64,000 nt of DNA, taken from Rebecca billardiae RCC1528. Taxonomy: Eukaryota > Protista > Haptophyta. Location of the stretch: the NCBI GenBank assembly GCA_965240325.2, contig OZ251226.1:1-64000 (forward strand), in the 5' to 3' direction. Made by a program: the position numbers and the translations under genes. Positions 12,561-24,057 of this stretch are shown one piece after another. The notes below the pieces were generated by a model. That model ran no database searches and was not told the origin of the DNA. It saw only the letters and a program-made list of their open reading frames with translations. Each line of letters begins with the position of its first letter. Position 1 is the first letter of the stretch.

Positions 12561-12685
12561 GCCCGGGCTCGCTCGGGCGGCTAGCGGCCGCCATGGATTT
12601 TCCGTGCTCTGACCCCCCCAGAACAAAAACTCACCGGTGCCGTACTGCCGTCGCCCGTCAGGCGCCGCCGCTTGGCGCCCGCCGC

Positions 12686-13601
12686 ATGGCGTCCGCCGAG
12701 GCGGGCGGGCCGGGCGCGGAGAAGCGCGGCGGCACGTGCGCCGAGCGCTGCGGCCTCGGGTTCCCGCCACTCACCAAGTACCGTACGTCGCGCGCCGCGC
12801 GCGCGCCGCGGACCGCCGCGCTGGCGCGCGCGAGCGCAGCCGACACGCCTGCCCGCCGGCCCGCGCGCGCGCGCGCGCGCTCGCAGAGCGGCGGGTGGTG
12901 CGCCGGCACTGCACGGCGCTGGCGCTGTCCTCGGGCGTCATCACGCTCGAGGCGTTCGTTCGCGACGACGTCTACGGCACGGTCGCCGCGGTGCTGGTGC
13001 GATCCGCGTGGCGCGCGCGCGCGCGCGCGCGCCGCGACGCCGCGCCCGACCGCCGCGGCCGGCGCGCGCGCGCGCCTTTGCGCGCGCGGCGCAGGCGGGG
13101 GCGATCAACGTGGTGGGCGTCTTCGCCGGGCTCGCGCCGCAGCACGCCATGCCCTTCCTCCGGCTCGCGCCGTGGTTCATCGCGCTCGTCTGCGCGTCCG
13201 TGTTTGGCGACTACGTGTACTGCGCCGAGTCGATCGACCTCGACCACCGCGCGCACGAGGACCTGCTCGAGCTGGTGGTCGAGTCGGACTCGAAGAAGCG
13301 CTCGCTGCTCACGCTGATCATGCTGCTGCAGCTCGCGACGATGGTCGTGCTCTTCTTCTGCGCGCGCGCGGACGTGAAGCTGCGCGAGCACGTGCTCGAG
13401 GGCGCGGTCGACGTCGAGAGCGACGCCGGCTCGGACGACGAGGGCCTCAGCCCGCGGCCGTGGGTCCCCGGCGCGGCCGGCGACGACGAGAGCAGGCGGC
13501 GCGTCACGTGGGCCGACGAGTCGCCGCGCAACTCCAGCGGCGGCCGGCCGGCGCGGCTGCAGCGCTCGCCGCCGACCATGTCGCAGCTGTGGCTCTTCTG
13601 A
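12686..13601 (+). CDS. Hypothetical multi-pass membrane protein (3 exons)
   Basis: ATG 12686; introns ~12783-12887 and ~12997-13094; hydrophobic segments such as FLRLAPWFIALVCASVFG and LLTLIMLLQLATMVVLFFC; acidic tail; TGA 13601. Confidence 0.7.
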
Positions 13602-13834
13602 TGAATATGATGCGCGCTGCTGAATAGCGACGACTGTCGTTCTGATTCTGGTGTCTGTAGCAGCTCATCGTCAAACGAGGCTGCCCAGGCCGGTACTGGC
13701 GGGTAGGCCCGTAGGCGGGTAGATTCCTATCGATTCCTTCCAGATACAAGTAGCTTTACCCGGCAGGGGGGAGAGTGGGCGGAAGCAGAGCAGCGGGCGG
13801 CGCACGAGCAGGCCCCGCCTTGAGTTGCGCGGCC

Positions 13835-14739
13835 ATGTCGCTCGAGACGGCGCTGGTGAAGGCGAACAGCACGGACGTGCACTACCAGGCGTTCATGAGC
13901 GAGCTGCTCCAGGTCGACGACTTTGCGCACGAGCACCTGCCCATGCCGACGGGCGAGGCGGCCGTGTCTCGGCTGCACCGGCCGGGCTCGGAGTACCTCA
14001 ACATGAACCCGTACTACGTGCTGCTGCTCGACCCGGGCTGCACGCTCGACGAGGTGAAGGCGCAGTACCGCAAGATGTCGCTGCAGGTCCACCCGGACAA
14101 GCACGGCAACGACCCGCGCGCCTCGGCTGCCTTTGAGATTGTGCGCAAGGCGTACGACAAGGTGCGCGCGCACGCCCACGCCCGACGCTCACCAGAGAGC
14201 GAGGCGCGCGCGCGGCACGCGCGCGGCGCGCGCGCTCACGCGCGGCGCCTCCGCGCGCGCGCGCGCGCGCGCGCCAGATGGACGCGCCGGAGAAGCTCGA
14301 CCTGTGCAACCGCATCTGCGAGGGCGCGCGCAAGCGGCTGGACGAGCAGGCCAAGCACAGGCGGCGCGCGGCCAAGAAGGACGGCAAGGAGCCCGAGCCC
14401 GACGACCCCGCGCAGTACCGCACGAGCCTGCGCCAGTTCATCTCGAAGATGTTCGTCGAGTTCGAGCAGCGGCGCAAGCAGCTCGCCGAGCGCGACGCCG
14501 CCGAGCGCAAGCGCAAGGCGGACGAGGCGCAGCTCGAGGCGGCGGAGCAGCGGCTGAGCGCCAAGGAGGAGCAGGCGTGGGAGCGCTCGCGCCAGAAGCG
14601 CGTCGCCGGCTGGCGCGCGTGGGCGGGCGGCTCGGGGAAGGGGATGCGCCGGCCGCCGCCGGTGAAGGCCGAGGCGGCGACCGAGCGCGACGCCAACTTT
14701 GACTCGCGCGGCGTCGACTGGCGGCGCGACTGGCGGTAG
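13835..14739 (+). CDS. DNAJC8: DnaJ homolog subfamily C member 8 (SPF31-like)
   Basis: RLHRPGSEYLNMNPYYVL...YRKMSLQVHPDKH J-domain with HPD; intron 14162-14277; coiled coil and WERSRQKRVAGWR typical of DNAJC8. Confidence 0.9.
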
Positions 14740-15097
14740 CAGCGCGCGCCCTCGGACTCCTGAGCCGCGGCAGCGCGCGTCGGCGTCGCTCGGTCAGTCT
14801 CGCATCTCGCAGCGTCGCACTACGGTATCAGACTCAGCACTACGTCATGGCGGTCCCTAATAGTATCGTCTGCTGCGCGCTGCTGTAGCTTGTATATGAC
14901 GATGAATAATGTGTATCAGATGCGACTATTACTGACAACTTTGATGCCAGGGCTCCGACGGTGACAAAGCCTCGGCTGACGGCCGCAGCGGCAGCAGCGG
15001 CGCTTGCTGGCTCGTCATCATGATCATCTTTGCTGACGGCGCCGCCTCAACGCAGTGCGGCGACGACAGCAGCATATGCTAGGGCACGGCGTCGGGC

Positions 15098-16419
15098 CTA
15101 CGCGGCCGTGGCGAGCTTGCGGATCTCCCCGGCGATCGCCGCCTGCTTCGCGTCCGTCGCCTTGAGCGCGCCCTCCGCCTTGCTGAGCGCGTCCGCCTTG
15201 GCGGCGCGCTCCTTCTCCGCCTGCACGCGGCCGGGCAGACGGACGGAGCGGCGCCGCGCTCACGCACACGCTCGCGCACACGCTCGCGCACGGGAGGGCG
15301 CGCGGCGGGGCGAGGGGCGCGCGCGCACCTTGGCGACGCGCGCCTGCGCGGCGGCGACGGCCTTCTCCCCGTCCTTCTGCGCCTTGGCCACCGCCTCCTT
15401 GCCCGCCTTCTCGACGGCGCCCACCTTGGCCGCGCCCTCCTTGTCCGCCTTGGCTGCGGCCGCGGCCGCCTCCTTTGCGCGCTTGGCCTCCTTGCTCTCG
15501 CCCGCGGGCTTGGGCTTGGCGGCCTTCGCGCCCTTCGCGCCCTTCGCGTCGGCGGGCGCCGCCGGCTTGGGCTTCGCCGCGTCCGCTTGCCGCTGCCGCG
15601 TGAGCGCGAGCTGCTTGGCGCTCTCGGCGGTGCGCTTGGCGGCCGCGTTGGCGGCCGCCAGCTGCTTGGAGGCGCTCGCCTGCGCGCCCTTGGCGCTCAG
15701 CGACGAGGAGGCCTTGGCGCTCACGAGCGCGCCGCGCGCGGCGGACTCCTCGCGCTTGGCCGCGGCGAAGGCGGACGCCGCCTTGCGCTTCGCCTCCGCC
15801 TGCGTGCCCCGCGTGCTCTCGAGGCCGTCGTACTGGGCCTGCGGCGCACGCCGACGCGCGCGGCGGCGGCGGCGGCGGCGGCGGCGCCGGCGTCGGCGCG
15901 GGCGCGGCGCGGCGCGAGGGGCTCGGCGCACGCGCGCACCTGGAGCTGCTCCTTGCGCTTGAGGTTGGCGACGCGCTCCCTCGCCAGCTGCTTGGGCGAC
16001 TTCTTCGGCGGCGGCGGCGGCGGCGGCGGCGGCTTGGTCGGGCCGACGATGGCGAGCGGCTCGGGCGGCGGCGCGGGCGCCGCCTCCTTCGCCTTCTCCG
16101 CCGGCTTCACCTTGCCCTTGGGCGCGGCGCCGAGCGCGCTCGAGGGCAGCGCGTCGAGGCGGACGAGCGACGCCGCGTCCGCCGGCGCGAGCGCGCCCGC
16201 GGGCGCCGGCGCCGACGGCGCGCCGAGCAGCGCCGAGAGCGCGACCGCGCACGCCGCCGCGCGCTCCCGCGCGCCGCCCGCGCCCATGCGCGCCGAGGCG
16301 GCGGCGCGCGCGGTGGCGGCGCGGCGGAGGGTGGATTGCCGCGCGAGCGAGGCGCCCTCCGCGCCCAGCGCGAGCGCGAGCGCGCAGATCGCGCCGAGCA
16401 CCGCGCGCGAGGGCAGCAT
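15098..16419 (-). CDS. Ala/Lys-rich coiled-coil protein with putative plastid (thylakoid) targeting (3 exons)
   Basis: Signal peptide MLPSRAVLGAICALALALGAEG, an Arg/Ala transit-like stretch, a second hydrophobic segment with AxA motifs; K/A/E-rich helical C-terminus; two GTGCGC...CAG introns. Confidence 0.7.
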
Positions 16420-16622
16420 GGTGGCGGTCGTCGCGAGCTGGCTGATGACGAGCACGAGCGGCCGATGAGGATCCCGCCGAGACCGCGGCCAGGCGGCCAC
16501 AGCACCGGTCCAGCAGCGGTGGGGAGTCGCCGGACCGCACAGGGCGAGGAACGTCCGGCCGCCGCGTCTGGACGTGAGATCTTTGCGCCGCCTGCTCGCT
16601 TGCCGCTCGCGAGCACCACCTC

Positions 16623-18163
16623 ATGGCGACGCGCGGCGCGACGCGGCGGCCGCCGCTGCTGCTGCTGCTCGGGCTGCTGGCGCGCGCGCGCGCGGAGGAG
16701 GCGGCGGCGGAGGCGACGCTGGACTCGCCGCCGGTGTGCGCCGAGGGCTCGCACGCGGCGTGCGGCGGCGCCGCGCGCGGCAAGTGCGTGAGCACCAACG
16801 AGGTGGACGCGTGCGACTGCGGCGGCACGCGCACCGAGCGCTTCGTCGGCCGCTTCTGCGAGCGCACGCTGGGCGTGGGCCGGGCGTGCCCCGAGGGGTG
16901 CGAGGCGCACGGCGAGTGCGTCCACGGCTGGTGCGAGTGCGAGCCCGGCTGGTCGGGCGTCGCGTGCGAGCTGCCGTCGTGGGGCGAGACGCCGTCGTCG
17001 CCCTTCCTCACGCAGCAAGCCGTGCGCGCGGCGCTGGACGACGACTCGACGTGCGCGGCGCCGCCGGAGGGGGCGGCGGGCGGGGACGGGCTGCCGCCGT
17101 GCTGCAGGCCGCACCCCGACTACCGCGTGCAGATCTACCGCCGGCTCGGCGGCAAGACGGAGCACGCGCGGCTGCTCGCCTCGCTGCCGCCCGAGCTGCC
17201 GCCGCGGCCCGCGCCGCCCGACCAGCCGCGGCACGGCAGCTGCGCGATCGTGGGCAGCTCGAGCGTGCTGCTCGAGAAGGAGGCGGGCGCGGAGATCGAC
17301 GCGCACGACGTCGTCTTCCGCATAAACCGCGCGCCCACCAAGGGCTTCGAGAAGCACGTGGGCGCCAAGACGACGTACGACTGGCTCAACTCGGGTGAGG
17401 CCGCGTGCAGGCCGCACGCTGCGCGCCCCGCTGCGCGCGCGTGGCTCACGCGGCCCACGCGGCGGCGCGCGCGCGCGCGCGCACGCAGGCCCGCACACGC
17501 GCTCGAAGGGCGCGGAGGCCATCCTGCCGCGGCTGGACACCATCCTGCTGCACGGCACCACCACGCCGCTGCTCGAGAACGGCGGTGCGCGCGCACCACA
17601 CGCGCGCACCACACGCGCGCACCACACGCGCGCACCACACGCGCGCACCACACGCGCGTGAGACAGAGAGACAGCGAGACCGGGTCCTGGCCAGCCGACG
17701 GCGTCGCCCCCGCCGCCGCCGCGCCGCGCGCGGCGCAGGGTACAAGCGGTACCTCGAGTGGGTGCCGGGCCACGTCGAGTACGCCGGCTTCCACCCGCAC
17801 AAGGCGCACTCGCACACGCGGCTCGTCTCGCTCGACTTCCTGCACGGCTCGTGGGAGGCGTTCCACGCGTACACCGCACGGCACATCCCCGGGCACCAGA
17901 AGGCGGCGCGCCCGTCGAGCGGCTGGCACGTCGCGCGGCTGGCGCTCGGGCTGTGCGCGAACGTGAGCCTGTACGGCTTCTCGCTGCACTCGGCGTCGGA
18001 CAAGTTCCACTACTACGACTCGCTCGTGCAGTCGACCATCACGCCGGGCATGAAGGACGCGGCCGCGGGCGGCACGCACCGCTTCCAGCTCGAGCACGAC
18101 ATCTTCGCGCAGTGGGCGGCGTCGGAGGGCGCGCTCAGGGGGAGGCTCGTCGTCAGGACGTAG
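16623..18163 (+). CDS. GT29 sialyltransferase-family protein with N-terminal EGF-like repeats (3 exons)
   Basis: Sialylmotif L (CAIVGSSSVLL...IDAHDVVFRINRAPTKGFEKHVGAKT), S (PSSG...LGLCANVSLYGF), III (HYYD) and VS (HRFQLEH); EGF CPEGCEAHGECVHGWCECEPGWSGVAC; signal peptide. Confidence 0.92.
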
Positions 18164-18330
18164 CGAGGCCCGCGCCTGCCGCCAGCGCGTGCCGAGTGCC
18201 GCCTGCGGGCTGCGAGCGCACGCCGGGGTGAGAGGGGCGGGAGTGCCCAATGCGCGCATATATTATATTATCCGCCGACGAGCATAACCGTCGATCGACG
18301 ACGACGCATCACGATTCGACTGCGATGATT

Positions 18331-18450
18331 GATATATATACATATATATATATATATGTATATATATACTTATAATATATTATTAAATATATATATTATT
18401 ATAACGATGACGTTATGGTACTCTTGTCTCTTGCAACGGGCAGGCTGACG
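18331..18450 (-). mobile_element. (TA)-rich tract abutting a degenerate 3' end of the CRE-like element seen at 58.5 kb
   Basis: TAACGAtgaCGTtaTGGTA...TGCAACGGGCAGGC matches the reverse complement of the 58560-58586 terminus, with short insertions. Confidence 0.55.
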
Positions 18451-19237
18451 TCGTCCGCGATCGATCGACTACGTACTCTGCTGTCGGCGATGAGTCCGTC
18501 AGATCCGCCGCCGGACGGCCCGGAAGCTGTACTGCTACTATACTCGGGCTGCGCTAGCTAACCGCCTGCTGGGTTCGCCGGCAGCGGCCGGCCGCGGCCG
18601 CCGCGCACGTCCGTGGCGCCGGCTCGGCGCTGCACTTGCAGCGCCGCGGAACGGGTAATAATTCCGCGTAGTAGCGGCGACGTCGAGTACGCGAGCATCG
18701 TCACAGCCGCAGTCGTACCGTACGAGTCACTACGACTACGCGACGCTACCGGCGCACGGGGCGCTCAACAGTGCCACTCGGGCCCGGCCAGGCGGCCCCG
18801 GGGTATCATCACGTCGGCTGCCAGCCCGCAGCGGGCCGGCAGGCCCTAAGGGGCGGCACCGGCGGCCCGGCGCCCGGCCGCCGGCGGCACTCTGTCGATC
18901 TGGCCGCCGCCGGGGCGCTGCATGCCGCTGTCACAGTTATATAGGCCCGGGCAGCAGCAGGCAGTCTCAACTCACTTGTCCGTCGGTCTCGTGACGGGGC
19001 GGCTACTATATGCTCCCGGCAGTCAGGCGCACACCGAGCCTGCGGAATCTGACAGTGACTGTGACACGGCGGGGCGCCGGCGCCTGCCGGCCGGAGTGTC
19101 AGACGACGTATATCATATCGTCGTCATCACATGATGGCGGCATTCGATCTGCAGCGTGCAGACACACGTCTCTTAGTAGAGCACGAACTCGTCGTCGTCG
19201 TAACAATCATCTGACGTCCGGAGTCAGCCGAGACTCA

Positions 19238-20540
19238 TCACTGGCACACGCAGCAGCTCGCCGGCCCGGCCGAGCGGCGGCGCGCCTCGGCGTCCGCCGC
19301 GCCGGGCGGCGGCGGGCGCTCGTCCGAGGCGGGCGCGCCGCCGCCGCGCAGCGGCGCGCCGCCCTCGTCCGCGCCGCGCGCGCGCGCCCAGAGCAGCAGC
19401 GCGCACGGCAGCGCGAGCGCGGCCGCGCCCAGCCACGCGAGCGCGGCCAGCCAGAGCGCGCCGCCGCACGTGCGCGCCCACGCGCGCCGCACGAGGACGC
19501 ACGAGCCGCGCGGCTCGGCGCCGCCGCCCGCCGCCGCCGGGTCGGCCTCGGGCGCGAGGAAGTACGAGCCCGCCGTGCCGCACGCCATCGTGGGGAAGGC
19601 GGGCGGCAGGGCGCCTCCGGCCGCGCGGTGCGTGATGCCGTCCTGCTCGCACGCGCGCTCGCCGCTGCGCTCGAAGAAGCAGCCCGCGACGCCGGCGCCG
19701 TCGCACTCGAGGAGGGTGGGCGGCGCGTGCTCGGCGGGCGGCCCGGGCGTGCGCAGCGCGAGCACGTCGCCGCCCGCCGCGTCGCCCGGCCCGAGCGCGA
19801 GCTGCGCGCCCTCCGGCGGCGCGCGGGCCGCGGTGGGCTGCTGCCTGCTGACGCCACTCGTGAAGCCTGCGCGCGCGCACCGCGGCGGGGAGGGCGCGGC
19901 AAGGGCGCGCGTCGGCGCGAGGCGGGCGCGCGCGCGCGCGCGCGCGCGCGCGCGCGCGCGCACCGAGCCGCTCGCACACGCGGAGCGCGGTGGCGTTGGA
20001 GAGAGTGCCGCGCGCGCCAGCCCACGCGCCGTCCGCGTACACGCGCAGCCGGCCCGCGACGCCGCGGCCGTACGCGTCGAGGCGCACGTCGCCCTCGCGC
20101 GGCGCGCGGCAGCTCGCGCCGTCCTCCAGGCAGCCGCTCGCCGCCGCCAGCTCCGGGTACGTCCGCCCGAGCGCCATCATCGTCCACACGTACCCGGCGG
20201 GCGTGGCGCGGTGCGAGCGGTACTGGTCGTAGTCGCACAGGCAGCCCGCGTCGTACCAGCGGCCGCGCGCCTCGGGGCAGCCGGCGTGGTGCAGCCCGAA
20301 CATGCACGGCATCAGCCCCGTCCACTCCGCCTTGCCGCAGCGCGACGGCCACGTGAGCTGCGCGCCGAGCCGGCGGCCGCGGCGCGGCGGCGCCGCCGGC
20401 GCGCACACCGTGTCGCGCGCGCCGAAGAAGCAGTGGAGCGTCGAGCCGCCGAAGGCGACGAGGGCGCAGGCGACGAGCGCCACGCCGAGCGCGCTCGCGA
20501 GCCGCGCGCGCGCGCGCGCCGGCGGCGTCGGCGAGCCCAT
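19238..20540 (-). CDS. Membrane protein with an SRCR-like domain (2 exons)
   Basis: N-terminal hydrophobic anchor; EGDVRL...AGRLRVYADGAW...ALRVCERLG/F (SRCR hallmark); Cys-rich region; C-terminal TM segment. Confidence 0.7.
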
Positions 20541-20808
20541 CGCCGCGCGCGCGCCCAAAGTCGAGCGCGCGTTCGATGGCCGGCCGGCGGCGGGTCGCCG
20601 ACGACAAGCTCCCGGACCCCCGTGGACGCCGCAGCAGGACGCGCGGCGGCGCAGCAAACAGCAGCAAGGCGGGCGGCTCGTCGCGCGCCGCCGGACACGT
20701 CCCCGGCAGGGACGTCGGCGGGCGGGCCGTGTGAGCCGCGGCCCCGCCGCGTGGGCGCCCGGCGCGCGGGCTCGCGACGCGCCGCGTCGGCCGCGCACGC
20801 CCGCGCCC

Positions 20809-23289
20809 ATGCCGCGCAAGCGCAAGCCGCCGCTGCAGGGCGGCGGCGGCGCGGCGAGCGCGCTCGCCGCGGTCGGCTCGCCGCTCACGCCGGAGCAGCC
20901 GGCCGCGCTGGGCGGCGACGGCGGCGGCGGCGGCGTGGTGCTCGAGGTGACCGACTACACCGTCCCCGTCGCCGAGGCCGCCGCCGCCTGCCGCGACGAG
21001 TACGGCCGGTGCGACGAGTTGAGCATGGAGGAGGTGCTGTTCAGGGCGACGCCGCCGCCCAGCCCGACGCACGCCGAGCGCGCGGAGGCGGAGGGCGGCT
21101 CGCCGTTCACGCTGGTCGGCCGGCGCCGCCGGCCCGCGCCCCCCGCCGCCGACGCCGAGCCGCGCCTCGAGCTGCCGCGCGCGCTGCTGCCGCCGGGCGA
21201 GTGCGTGCCGTCAGAGCCGGACGACCTGTGGCTCTCGCCCAGCTCCGCCTCCGCCTCCGACGACGACGAGGGCGGGGACGAGGGCGGCGCCGTGCAGCGC
21301 GCGAGCGTCTCGAGGCGCGAGATGCTCCGCTCGCGCCCCGTGCGCGTGCCCGCGGGCGGCGCGCACGGCGGCCACGGCGGCCACGCGCAGCCGGCGGCGC
21401 GCTGGGCGGCGGCGGCGGCGCGCGCGCCGCGCGGCGGCGCGCAGCAGCACCCGCCCGCGCCGGCCGCGGCGACGCAGCCGCTCGCGCGCGAGGCCGGCGG
21501 CGAGGCGGACGGCGGCGGCGAGGCGGACGCGGCCGCGCGCGGCCGCGCCGGCTCGCTCGGCGTCTCGCCGCGCGGCGGCGGCGGTGCCTCTGAGCTGTCG
21601 CGGCCGCGCGGCCCCGCGCTGTGCGAGGCGCTGTCGCGGCTGCTGCCGCAGCTGCTGCCCGGCTGGACCGAGCCCGCGCCGTGGCCGCAGCCGCCCGGCG
21701 CGGCGGACGTGCCGACCGACCTGCAGCTCGCGGCGGGCACCGCGGCCGACGCGGCGGGCGCGAACGACTGCGCGCGCGCGCGCGCGTGGGCGTCCGAGCT
21801 GGCGTTGTACCGCGCGCGCGTGGACGCGTACGTGGGCGCGCAGCTGGACGCGCTCGAGCGCTTCGTGCGCACCAGGGAGGAGGCGGCGCGCGCAGCCAGC
21901 CAGGGGGCGGCGCCCGCGGCGGCGGCGGCGGCGGCGGCGCCGGCGTGCGCGCCGGCCGACGAGGGCCCGCCGCTGCGCGTCGCGGCGATGGTGGGCGAGG
22001 TGCGCGACGAGGCGGAGGCGGAGGACGAGCGGCAGCACCCGATGCCCACGCCGGGCACAAACACGGCGCAGATGGCGGGGGGCGAGCTCGGCGAGGCGCG
22101 CGGCCGCTCCTCGCTCGCCGACTACGAGCTCGTCCGACAGATCGGCCGCGGCGGGTTCGGCAAGGTGTACGAGGTCGCGCGCATCGCCGACGGCTCGCGC
22201 TTCGCGATGAAGGTGCTGGACAAGGCCCGGCTGGCGAAGAAGAAGTCCGCCCTCTCGGACGTGGCTGCCGAGCACGCCATCCTCACCTCGTACGCGGAGG
22301 CGTCGCACCCCTTCATCATCTCGCTGGCGTGCACCTTCCAGACGACGTCCAAGCTGTTCCTCGTGATGGAGCTGCTCACGGGCGGGCAGCTGTTCGCGCT
22401 GCTGCAGCGCGAGGCCTTCTTCTCCGAGGCGCAGGCGGCCTTCTACGCGGCGGAGCTCGCGCTCGCGGTCGAGCACCTGCACGCGCGCCACGTCTGCCAC
22501 CGGTGAGCGCGCGGCGCGCGCAGAGCGGAGCGGGCCACAGCGGGGCGCAGCGCAGCGCAGCGGCCGCGCGCGCCGCGCCGCGCGCGCTCACGCGCCTTCC
22601 TTCCTTCCGCCGCGCCTTCCTTCCGCCGCATGGGTGTGCCGCAGCGACCTCAAGCCGGAGAACATCCTGCTGCGCTCGGACGGCCACCTGTGCATCACCG
22701 ACTTTGGGCTGGCCAAGCGCGGGGTGACGCACTCGGCGTGCGGCGCCAACTCCTTCTGCGGCACGGTCGAGTACATGGCGCCCGAGATGCTGACCGAGGC
22801 CAAGGCGCAGCGCCAGTACGGGCTGGGCGTGGACGTGTGGGCGCTCGGCGTGTGCCTCTACCAGATGCTCACCGGCGAGGTGCCGTTCGCCGCGCCCTCG
22901 CAGGTTGCGCTCGTGAAGAAGGTGTGCGCGGCCAAGCTGCGCTTCCCGCCGACGATGAGCGGGCACGCCAAGGGGCTGCTGCGCGGCACGCTCGCCCGGG
23001 ACGTGGCGCAGCGCCTCTCCATCGACGCGGTCAAGGTGCGCGCACGCGCGAGCGCGAGCGCGCGGACCGGCCGCTGCGGCGCGCCCCGACGCAGCGCCGC
23101 CCCGCCGCTCACCGCCCCGCCCCGCCCCGCCCGCCCCCTCCGCAGGCGCACCCCTTCTTCGCGCACCTCACGTGGGCGCAGGTGCTCTCGCGCGCGGTGC
23201 CGCCGCCCATGCTGCCGCCGCCCGACGCGCTCGCGGCCGCGAGCGCCGCCGCGCGCCGCGAGGCCGCGCAGCAGCGCGCCGCCAAGAAG

Positions 23290-23331
<42 letters not shown>

Positions 23332-23826
23332 AAGGGCGGCAGCGGCGAGGCCGCCGCCGGCGCCAACGGCGCCGCCGATGCCGCCGCGAACGGCGCCGCG
23401 AACGGCGCCGCCCGTCGGCGCGGCGGCGGCGCCGAGCGCGCCGCGCCCGTGTTCAGCCCGCTCGCGTCGCCGCGCGGGCTCGAGCCGCTGCCCGACGAGT
23501 TCACGTCCGCGCTGCAGCAGATAGCGTTCAGCTACGAGGGGCCGCAGAGCCACTGGCACCCGCGCGCGCGCGCGCGCACCTTCGCGCCGCCCGACGGCTC
23601 GCCCGCCGCCTCGCCGACGGCGCGCTCGTCGCTGTCCGCGCAGCTCGCGGCCGCGTCGCTGCGCGCCGAGCTGCAGCAGCCGCCCGCGCCCGGCGGCGGC
23701 AGCGCGGACGGCGGCGCGCAGCCGGGCGGCCCGCGGCGCCTCGGCGGCGCGGCGCCCGACGGCGCGAGGGGCGCGCACGCGCGCGGCGCGCCGCCGCCCA
23801 TCAACCTCAGCGTCGCCGACACCTGA
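20809..23826 (+). CDS. AGC-family Ser/Thr kinase (S6K/RSK-like) with a long N-terminal extension (3 exons)
   Basis: IGRGGFGKV, FAMKVL, HR/DLKPEN, DFG, SFCGTVEYMAPE, DVWALG; hydrophobic-motif-like AFSY; introns ~22503-22644 and ~23036-23145. Confidence 0.92.
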
Positions 23827-24057
23827 GGCGGAGTAGGCTGCGTGCGCTGTGACCGTCGACATCATTCTCATTCGGCTCGCGGGCGGGTGTACTAACAGTC
23901 CTACCTGTGTCGTTAAATCATAGAATGAGTATGATGAAACGATAGCGCACGTAACGTCTACAGTAACGACTACTACCGTCGTCAAGACTCAAGAAGTCAG
24001 CGCGCGGTGCGGATCGCGTGAGCCGCTGAGGGCTGAGAGCGCATCCCGACGCGCCGC

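Noticed and set aside
17589-17655. 13-bp tandem repeat GCGCGCACCACAC x5
   Set aside because: An ordinary intronic minisatellite in the GT29 gene
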